DNA of 64,000 bases. Source: Prasinococcaceae sp. CCMP 1430 (taxonomy: Eukaryota > Plantae > Prasinodermophyta). Numbering within the stretch: position 1 is the stretch's first letter; each line of letters starts with the position of its first letter. The notes below the pieces were generated by a model, which was not told the DNA's origin, searched no databases, and saw only the letters and a list, made by a program, of their open reading frames with translations. Positions 55,352 through 64,000 of the stretch are shown here, in pieces. Made by a program: the position numbers and the translations under genes. The stretch lies in the NCBI GenBank assembly GCA_013416795.1, contig RQSC01000005.1, positions 388,733-452,732 of the forward strand, written 5' to 3'.

Positions 55352-58274
55352 GGACGGCGGTATCGACGCCCCCGCCGCGCGTGGGGCGCCCGCTGGCGCC
55401 GGCGTGCCGCTCGGCTCGGCGCCGCCGCTGCCGTGGCTGCCCGGCGGCCCCGCGGCTTGCCTGCAGTCCATTGCGTCCGGCGCCACGCTGTGGGTGGGCT
55501 CGGCGGTGTTCGCGGTGTCGTTCGCGACGCTCATTTTCAGCGGGCCGGGCGCGCCCGACGACGCGCTCGCTGAGGGCATCGGCGTGGTACTCTTCAGCAG
55601 CGCGGTGAGCGCGGTGGTCGTGGCGTCGGCCAGCTCCATGCCGGTGGTCGCCGAGGTGCAGGACGGCCCGAGCGCGCTCTTCGGCCTCATCGCCGCGGAC
55701 ATTTTCTCGGGAGGTCTTCCGCAGGAGCTCATGCTGCCAACCCTGGAGGTAGCACTGGCGCTGACGTCCATAGTGTCCGGCGCGGCGTCAGTTGCCGTTG
55801 GCCGGCTCCAACTTGGCACCGCCGTGCGCTTCCTACCGCAGCCGGTCGTCGGCGGCTTCCTGGCGGGCACCGGCTACGTGCTCGCGTGCGGCGGCTGGAA
55901 GGTGCTCACCGGTGAGCCTGTGTCCCTCGCCGGCGTGGAGGACGCGCTCGCCAACCCCACCGACGTGTACGCCACGCTGCTGCCGGGCGTGGCCTTCGGT
56001 GCGCTGTTGACGTACGCCACGAAGCGCTCGCAGGAGTTCTATATCATCCCCGCGTGCATTGCTAGCAGCACCGCCGCGTACTTCGGCGGCATGTTCCTGT
56101 TCGGCCTCGAGCCGCAGGCGGTGATGGACCACGGATGGCTTTTGGGACCGTTCGAGGGCGTGGGCGATGGGCCCTTCCCGTTCAAGCCGCTCGCCCTTGA
56201 CCCGCTGCGCCTGCTGCGCGTCGACTACGACTACGTGCTCGACCAGCTCCCGCGAGTGGCGACCATCGCGTCGCTGTCGGTCCTCGGAGTGCTGCTGAAT
56301 GTCTCAGCGATCGAGGTCGCGCTCGACCGCGACTCGAACGTGCGCTCCGAGCTCCAAGCGGCAGGGTTCGCGTCCATCCTGAGCGGGCTTGGTGGCGGCG
56401 TTGTCAACTTCCACTCGCTGAGCTCGACGTCGCTCGCAAAAAGCATGGGATCACGGAGCAGGCTGGAGGGGCTCACGGTGGGCGCCTGCTACCTCATCGC
56501 GCTCACTGTGGGCATGCCCTGGCTGGCCTTTGCGCCGCGCGCGCTCACCGGGGGGCTGTTGCTGTTCTTGGCCTTCGCCTTCCTGTACGACTGGGTGCTG
56601 ACCGGGTGGCTCCGCATGCCGCGCGACGAGTACGCGGTGGTGGTGACCATCCTGTTTGCCATCGCGGCCTTCGGGTACTTGGCGGGGGTGGCGATCGGCC
56701 TGCTGGCAGCGGCGGCTATCTTCGTGGCGGATTACTCGAAGGTGCCCATCGTGCGCGCCTCCTTCAACCTTTCCGAGGAGGAGGGCGTGCGCTCGAGTGC
56801 CAGCTACTCCTTCGCGCAGCGGCGTGCAATCGGCGCGCGCGGGCGGCAGGCGTACGTGGTGGTGCTGCAGGGCTTCATTTTCTTCGGGACGGCCTTCAAC
56901 CTTCTCTCCGAGCTGCGCGAGGTCGCGCAGAGTGCGGCCAACGCCGCCGCCGAAGGGATGGCCGACGCCGCGACCCCGTCCGCGGTGGATGACACTGGGG
57001 CACCGGCGTCCGAGGGACGCAGGGACGCCGAGGATGGTTCCGCGCGCAGTGCGCCGCAGCCACTGCGGTTCGTGATCCTTGATTTCTCATACGTCGTCGG
57101 AGTCGATGGTTCGGCCGTGAGTGTCTTTAATAAGCTGCGTTCCTTCGCCGAGGCGAGCGGCATTACGCTGGTGCTGTCTGGTATCGACTCGGCACGCGAT
57201 GACCTCCGCGAGCTAAGCGCTGTCACTACGCGCGGAGAGATGGTCTCGCAGGGCCTCGTCGAACGTGCCAAGGGCGCCTCCCTCGACGAGACTGAGGGCG
57301 AGTCTGGCATCGGCGCGGCAGACTTTGCTGTGCGAGTGGATTCGTTCGATGACGCGCTGCGCGAGGTGGAGGCGGCACTGCTGAACCAGGTGCCGGCTGA
57401 GGAATGGGCCGAGGTCGATGCTGCCAACGCGAACACCAGGGGCGGTGGCGCTGACGAGGGCGCCGGCACAGGCGCGGCGGTAGACTCTGCCGACGCGAGC
57501 GTGGGCGCGGGCGCGGGCGCGAGTAGCACCGCGTCCAGGGATGGCTCGGCGTCGGCGGGTGCAGCCATCCAGGGCAAGCTTTTCCAAGGCCGTACTGGGC
57601 GTGTCGAGTCGTTCGAGGATGTGGTGACCCTCGTGTGTCGCGACCGCGGCCGCTCCGGCGAGCTCTTCCCTGAGGACGACTCGATCCTGGTCCCGGGCGC
57701 TGGCCAGCCTCCGCACGAGGCCGAGAGCGCGCACGCGCTGGACGAGGACTTCTTCCGCGCTTGCTGGAAGCCGTTCGTCTTCGAAGAGGGCGACGTCGTG
57801 TGCCGTCGCGGCGACGTGGCCGACCGGCTGTACTATATCGAAAGCGGTGCGTGGACTGCCAGCGCGCCGGGCGGGCTGCTCTATCCCATCGAAAACGACT
57901 TCGTGGGCGCAGTGGGCTTCTACAGGAGCGCGTACTCGGGCACTGTGAGGTTTGCCGACTTGAGCGTGTCGCGTCGTGGAGTGGCGTGGGTTCTGGATGC
58001 CGATGCTGTGGAGGCGCTCGAGCTGCAGGCGCCCGAGCTGGCGGCCGCCTTTCACCGCGTGATGGCGTCACATCTGGCCGACACACTCGTGTCGAGGTCG
58101 CGCCTTGTGGCGCAATACTACCGCCGCAGCATGCCCCGCATCGCCGGCAGCGAGGACTCTGACGGCGACAACGCCGGCAGTGACAGCGACGACGGCGCGC
58201 GTGTTGGCTCGGACACGCCGGCTGTGGATGGGCGCGAGTACGACGGCTATAACACGGCATCGGAGTCTGGCTGA
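55352..58274 (+). CDS. SulP/SLC26 anion transporter with STAS and C-terminal cyclic-nucleotide-binding-like domain; start uncertain (N at 55351)
   Basis: AEVQDGPSAL, RFLPQPVVGGFLAGTG, ELQAAGFASILSGLGGG, LQGFIFFGTA, FVILDFSYVVGVDGSA and VCRRGDVADRLYYIESG. Confidence 0.9.
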
Positions 58275-58465
58275 CCGTTGCCGATGGCGAGTGCCGCGCG
58301 CGCACCCGCCACCCCCCATCTATACCATTAACCGCGATCTGTACACACTCAGCGATGCTCACGCTTCCGTCTGCGCTGCTGTCGCCGCCACTGGAGCGAC
58401 CCTCGCTGGCGCGGGTTGCTGGGTGAGGTGCGGCGCCCACGCACGAATTTTACAAGGTTCCGCGC

Positions 58466-59200
58466 TCACAGGCCCTGAACGACCTTGTCGTACCCCGTGA
58501 GCTTGCACCACGACTCGAGCGCACTGACGGACTTGACGTACGCCGCCTTGGCCTCGCCAATCGAACCCGCCCCCGCCAGCACCGGCGCGCTCGTGACCCA
58601 TGTGTCCGCCGCGGTCTTCTGCGCGGCGCTCACGCTCAGCCGCGAGATGGTGTCGGCGGCCGCCCAGTCGCCCTTGAGCGAGGCCTGCGCGGCAGAAAGG
58701 TCACCAGCCTCCAGCGCGCTGCCCGCCTGCGAGCGCGCGATAGCGGCAGGGACGAGCGGGCGGCGAGCGCCCCTTGTCAACGCCCATTCGCAAGCCCCGC
58801 ATGCGCCGCGCGAGCTGCGCGGAATGTGCGGGCGAGCGCGGCGAGCGCGCCCGCGGCGCGCAGCGCGAGCCCGGCGCGAGGCGCAGGCGCGTGGCCGCGC
58901 GCGAGGGAGAGGAAGTTCCGCGCCTCGTACCTTGTAGAGCGACGTCACCGCCGTCTGCACGGCGTTCTCGTCCATCAGGTCGGCGTTGTCCGTCGCGTTG
59001 TTGACGCCCTCCGAGCGGGCAAAGTTGGCCATGACCTGCCTCTCGCGCTCGATCTTGGCCTTGCGGTTGGCGATGGCCTTCGCGACAAGCTCCTCGTCCT
59101 CGTCGTCCGGCAGCAGCGCGCGCGCGGGGCGGGCGCCGCCCGCGAGCAGCGCGACGCCCGCCGCGAGGCGGAAGCGTCGGAAAAGAAAACAAAGCGGCCG
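58466..59200 (-). CDS. Thylakoid lumenal 16.5 kDa protein (MPH2/TL16.5-like); intron 58727-58930; 5' end uncertain
   Basis: ARA cleavage site then LLPDDEDEELVAKAIANRKAKIERE; LYK|AGSALEAGDLSAA; AKAAYVKSVSALESWCKLTG...QGL*. Confidence 0.75.
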   Translation of the reverse strand, partial: RPLCFLFRRFRLAAGVALLAGGARPARALLPDDEDEELVAKAIANRKAKIERERQVMANFARSEGVNNATDNADLMDENAVQTAVTSLYKVRGAELPLPRARPRACASRRARAARRGRARRARPHIPRSSRGACGACEWALTRGARRPLVPAAIARSQAGSALEAGDLSAAQASLKGDWAAADTISRLSVSAAQKTAADTWVTSAPVLAGAGSIGEAKAAYVKSVSALESWCKLTGYDKVVQGL

Positions 59201-60047
59201 AACCAAAACATCGCGACAGGCGGAGAAAATAAAAAAAAAAAAGGCGGGTCCGATCGANCCCGCGCGCGCGCGCTTTCGCGCACCGCCGCGACGCAGCCGC
59301 CAGGCGCGCCCACGCGCGCGCGATCCGCTCCGGCAGCGGCACATAGCACTCACTCCTCCCTCCCTCCTTTTTTCATCTCTTTTTTCTTTTTTTTTTCATT
59401 CGTCGCGTTTCTTTGTGCGCCTTTTTTCCGGGGGGCGCATTTGCATTTGCATGTCGCGTGGAGCGCGCGCACGCGGGGAAATGGCCCGGATTATCCTTTG
59501 GATTTTTTTAAAAAAAAGTAGGCATGTGTACAGTAGAAGTGCGAACGAAGCCTCGCGTCGTGGTACCGCATGCATTTGAAACGCGGATTTAAAAATAAAA
59601 ATAATAAAAATAAAAATAAAAACGGGTGGCGCGGGAGGTGGCGAGAGGGTTTGCACGTGCGCCGTTTTGACGGCATATGCAAGGCATTTCCAGTCGGGGC
59701 GGCCTCGCGCGCGCGGGTCCCGGTTTGGGTGTGGGCGTCCGGAGCCTCCCGACGGCGACGGTCTCCCCGTCAAAATGGTCGCGTTTTTTTCTTCTCCTTT
59801 TCGGCCGCGGCGTGCCGACGCGCGCGAGCGGCGCTTTTTGAGGTTTCCTGGCCCACCGCCCGGCGGCGGCAGCCCCTAGCGGCGGCGCGTTCCCCGACGG
59901 GTGAGAGATCGTGGCCACAGCTCGCGCTGTGCCGAGCGCGCCCGGCGCCGCGCCGCCGCGCCCCGGGCGGGGGGCGAGCGAGGGGATCCGGGTGGAATAG
60001 GGTTTGGGCGGGGACCCCTGCCTCGCTCCGCTGCGGCGAGGGCGGCG

Positions 60048-61341
60048 ATGGTGCTCCACCCGGCGGTGGTCGTGCGCGACCACCCCAAGGGCAGCAAGTA
60101 CGGGCGCGGGCTGTTCGCGGCCGCGCCGATCGCAAAGGGCGAGGTCGTGTGGCTCGAGGACCACGAGGCCGAGCCGCAGCACGTCGTGGTGGCGCGCGAC
60201 CGGCGATGGATCGAGGCACTGCCGCCGGGCCCAAAGGCGGCGTACAAGCACTTCGTGTATCAGACCGGCGAGGACGAGTTCGAGTCGCTGCCTGAGTTCG
60301 ACGTGCTGCCACAAGAGGCGTGGGTGCGTCGGGAGGCGAGGGGTAGCACGCCCGCGCGGCGTAGAGCGCCGAATGCGGAAGCGGCGCCACTGACCGCGAC
60401 GCCGCTCTGCCTCCCTGGCCGCGCGCAACGATCCCTCCACCGCCATCGCGCGCGCGCAGGCCCAGGCGGAGCCCGCGGATGTGTCCATGTACATGAACCA
60501 CAGCTGCGACCCGACGACGTGGTTCGAGTTCGACCACGAGGCGTACGTGGATGGGCCGGGCGTGATGACCGCGCGCCGCGACATCGCGGCGGGCGAGGAG
60601 CTCACCTTTGACTACGCCACGAGCGAGGGCGCATTCGACCAGCCGTGGGTGTGCTGTTGCGGCTCGACCACTTGCCGCGGCACCGTGCGTGGTTGCGATT
60701 GGAAGCGCGCGGACCTGCAGGAGCGCTACGAGGGCCACTTCATGCCGTACCTCGCCGCGCGCATCTCCACGCTGCGTGAGCAGCGGCGTGCCGAGGCGGA
60801 GTGCGTGGAGCGCTGGGGGGTCACGCTCATGCGTAGCGACGAAAAGCAGCTGGGAAGGTACCTCGTGGTCAAGCGGCGCGTACCCAAGGGCGCCGACGTG
60901 ATGGTTCTGCCGCCGAATCGCATCCTCAGGCACCACGAAGTCGACGACTTTGAGCGCATTCTGACTGTGCGCACGTCGGAGGACCCGGCTGACACCACAG
61001 GCGCACTGTACAGCTACAGCCAGACGCCGGAGGACCTGGACAACTTCATGGCGCACTCGTGTGACCCCACCTGTGAGGCGGTGATCGACCCCGACACGCT
61101 GTGCGTCACGATGCGCGCGCTGCGCGACATACCCGAGGGCGGGCTCGTGTCTTTCGACTACGAGACCACAGAGACGGACATGGTCGTGCAGGGGTGCTCC
61201 TTCACGTGCAACTGCGGCGCTCGCAACTGCAAGGGCCATATCGTCGGCTTCCACGCGCGGCAGCGCATGGAGCAGGCCCGAGCGGGGCCGACGGCGGCCG
61301 CGGCACTCAAGCCGCCCGCGTGCAGCCCGGTGCCGGTCTGA
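60048..61341 (+). CDS. Tandem SET/post-SET domain methyltransferase of bacterial type; intron 60324-60459
   Basis: Domain 1: GRGLFAAAPIAKGE, MNHSCDP, ARRDIAAGEELTFDY and CCCGSTTCRG. Domain 2: GRYLVVKRRVPKG, MAHSCDP, ALRDIPEGGLVSFDY and CNCGARNCKG. Confidence 0.85.
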
Positions 61342-61511
61342 CGCACGCGTGCTCCAGACTGGCTGCCCGGTGCGGCAGCGCAGAAATCGCGTATCCCGGG
61401 TCTGACGCCGCGTGCACTGCCACGTCGCGCAAGCTGCGACAGGGGTTTCTCAAAACCACACAAACATGTATAATGGAGAAATTTGTACAAACACATATAC
61501 TGTACCAAGAC

Positions 61512-62670
61512 CTACGCAGTGGCGCCCTGACATGAGCTTCCCGCGCCTGCGGTGCAGCCATAGCAGTGCGAGTCGACCGTGACCTGCCTCCCCTCAAGCT
61601 GCTCGAGGCTCTCGAGCTCGAAAATGGAGCGCGGCGCACCGCCGCCCGCGCGCATGCCAAGTTGCTGATTGAAGTCGCAGTCATACAACGACCCGTCCCA
61701 CGACACGGAGACGGTGTTGGTGCACATGACATTCTCCGCAGCCGCAAGGTTGAAATTGTTGACGAGCAGCTCCATGTACTCACGCATCTTGCCCTCGCGT
61801 GCGAGCTGGTCGGCGAAGCGCTTGATGGGCATGTTGGTGAGAGCCAGGAGCGAGTCGAAGCTCACGCCGTAGCAGTCACGCAACTCGGCCTTGTACGCTT
61901 CCTGTAGCGACGCCTGCGGGGGCGGGAGGAACGCCCTGCACGTCCATGCGCGAGCGCGTGTCGGCCGTGTCAGCAGGTGGCGGCGCGGGGGCGGCCTCAG
62001 CGGCGCACGCACGGCCGCAGGCGCGCACTCACCCGCCGGGATTGTAGACGAGGTCCAGCAGGCGCTCCCCGCTGCCGTCGCCGTAGCCGCGTTCGTTGAG
62101 CTCCCGGAGCGCGCGAATGGAGCGGTCGAACACGCCGCGTCCGCGCTGCGCGTCCACGTTGGCCTCCGAGTAGCACGGAAGCGACGCGACGATGCGCACT
62201 TTCTGTTCTGCGAGGAAGTCTGCAAGGTCCTCCATGCCGTCCTCGCAAAGCACGGTGAGGTTGCAGCGGTCGATCACCTCGAGTCCCATCGAGCGCGCCT
62301 CTCGCACTAGATAGCGGAAGTTTTGGTTGTACTCGGGCGCGCCGCCGGTGAGGTCGAGCGTGCGCACGCCGGGCGATGCACGCAGCAGCGCGATTATCTT
62401 CTCGGCGCCCTCGCGGCTGAGCGCCTCGGTGCGCAGCGGCGAGCTCTCCACGTGGCAGTGCGCGCACGCCTGGTTGCAATACAGCCCGACGTTGATCTGG
62501 AAGATTTCCACCGTGCGTCGCACGAGCGTGTGTGCGGGGGCGCCCGCCTCCCCGCTAGCGCTCGCCGCCGCCGCTGCGCTCTGCAGCTGTTCGCCGAAGG
62601 GCTTGAGGCCCGAGACGTCGAGAGCGCGCCGCCGCGCGAGCCGCTCGGCGCGCGCCCGCTCGCGCGCCGC
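61512..62670 (-). CDS. arsS: Radical SAM + DUF3641 protein, ArsS (arsenosugar biosynthesis) family; intron 61936-62032; 5' end in gap
   Basis: QINVGLYCNQACAHCHVESSP, LDLTGGAPE, DRCNLTVL, ASLPCY, QRGRGVFDRSI, NMPIKRF, VSWDGSLYDCDFNQ and HCYGCTAGAGSSCQG. Confidence 0.88.
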
Positions 62671-63176
62671 NNNNNNNNNNNNNNNNNNNNNNNNNNNNNN
62701 NNNNNNNNNNNNNNNNNNNNNNNNNNNNNNNNNNNNNNNNNNNNNNNNNNNNNNNNNNNNNNNNNNNNNNNNNNNNNNNNNNNNNNNNNNNNNNNNNNNN
62801 NNNNNNNNNNNNNNNNNNNNNNNNNNNNNNNNNNNNNNNNNNNNNNNNNNNNNNNNNNNNNNNNNNNNNNNNNNNNNNNNNNNNNNNNNNNNNNNNNNNN
62901 NNNNNNNNNNNNNNNNNNNNNNNNNNNNNNNNNNNNNNNNNNNNNNNNNNNNNNNNNNNNNNNNNNNNNNNNNNNNNNNNNNNNNNNNNNNNNNNNNNNN
63001 NNNNNNNNNNNNNNNNNNNNNNNNNNNNNNNNNNNNNNNNNNNNNNNNNNNNNNNNNNNNNNNNNNNNNNNNNNNNNNNNNNNNNNNNNNNNNNNNNNNN
63101 NNNNNNNNNNNNNNNNNNNNNNNNNNNNNNNNNNNNNNNNNNNNNNNNNNNNNNNNNNNNNNNNNNNNNNNNNNNN

Positions 63177-64000
63177 CGGGCGGGGGGCGCGGCGCGTGCG
63201 CGCGTGCCGGGCGCAGGCGCGGCGTGCGACGGAGGAGCGGGTTGGGGAGGCTGGCTTCGACCCGCTGCGGATACTGGAGGGAGACAGCAGCGGCGGCAGC
63301 AGCGGCAACGACGGCGATGCGCGCCTGTCGGCGCTCCCAGTGGTTGCGGCCGCGGCTGCGGCGGCGCTCGTCCCGGAGGTCCTGTCGCCGGCGAGCGCGG
63401 CGGCGGCCTCTGCGAAAGCGGCGGCGAACATCGACCCGTTCTTCACGTTCACCCCCGTGTGCCCGTACTCGGATGGCGTGTTTCGCGGCGGCCAGAAGCT
63501 GGCCCTCTTCGTCGCCGGCAATGACAACATCGAGGACTACCGCCCGCTCATCAATGACGTGCTCATCCGCGTGCGGACGGAGCTCTGCGTGCTTGAGAGC
63601 TTCACCCGCGAAACAGCGGTGCCCTTCGTGCAGGAGAAGGGCGTCGGGTGGGTGCTGCCGCTCCACGAGACCTCGGAGACATACCTCGCGGGCGTCGTTT
63701 TCATGGTAGGCGCGAACTTCATCCTTCTCGGCAGCACGAAGGTCGTGGCCATCCTGGCCATCTACCACGACCTTGTGCTCGGACTGCCGACGCGCACACT
63801 CTCAGGGCTGCTGGGACTCGCGGGCGTCGACGAGGCGGCCAGGGCGGACAAGGAGATAGAGGCACTGCTGGACAAGCAGGGGGAGGAGATGAAGGCGCTC
63901 ATGTCCGACCGCGCGCTGGACCGCGACGAGCGCGAGCGCAGAACCGCAGAGATCACGGCGAGCTACTCCGATCGGATGGAGAGCCTGCGCTCTGGCGCTG
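63177..64000 (+). CDS. Uncharacterised, probably plastid-targeted membrane protein; incomplete at both ends
   Basis: Open frame (63421 phase) with strong GC3 bias: NIDPFFTFTPVCPYSDGVFR, ETAVPFVQEKGVGWVLPLHETSETYLAGVVFMVGANFILLG, then a charged helical tail. It is absent from the ORF track because it has no stop. Confidence 0.65.

Noticed and set aside
15795-58274. MFS, CrcB, SulP and ArsS as a toxic-anion resistance island
   Set aside because: They are spread over about 45 kb among unrelated housekeeping genes, with no compositional island or mobility genes.
61512-61570. Selenocysteine in the ArsS C-terminal GSS-C/U motif
   Set aside because: The codon is TGT (Cys) in GSSCQG, with no in-frame TGA.
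2825-62032. Introner-like repeated introns
   Set aside because: Introns share only generic signals (GTGCGT/GTGAGT donors, CTGAC branch, YAG acceptor) and GC runs. I saw no extended intron-to-intron identity by eye; an all-versus-all alignment would settle it.

Overview
Scaffold segment of a very GC-rich, gene-dense eukaryotic nuclear genome, most likely a prasinophyte-like green alga. Support for this: plastid-targeted PSY, Psb27-like and MPH2/TL16.5 genes, short GT-AG introns with CTGAC branch points, and flagellar genes. About 33 protein-coding loci and one tRNA-Ser(GCT) can be supported, mostly conserved housekeeping genes, including ARL1, B9D1, IFT80, PCID2, PSY, mL46, DPH7, RFT1, CIA1, RAD51, an intronless 10-kb ATM and a SulP-STAS-cNMP protein. 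Seven N-gaps and seven single-N joins, mostly at 5' gene ends, make many start codons uncertain. No CRISPR array or recognisable transposon was seen. The most notable signals are: (i) a SelO gene whose apparent stop is an in-frame UGA (LS-U-SS*), with a well-formed SECIS candidate in the 3' UTR; (ii) an LSM11 (U7 snRNP-type) homologue; (iii) a tandem bacterial-type SET protein tail-to-tail with an ArsS arsenosugar-type radical SAM gene; (iv) a secreted protein with Tyr/Asp-rich 9-aa repeats and two somatomedin-B domains; (v) apparently periodic CG-rich clusters alongside a CDCA7-like zinc-finger gene; and (vi) a probable chimeric junction between succinyl-CoA ligase and SelO fragments. All family calls come from motif recognition by eye; no database search was run.
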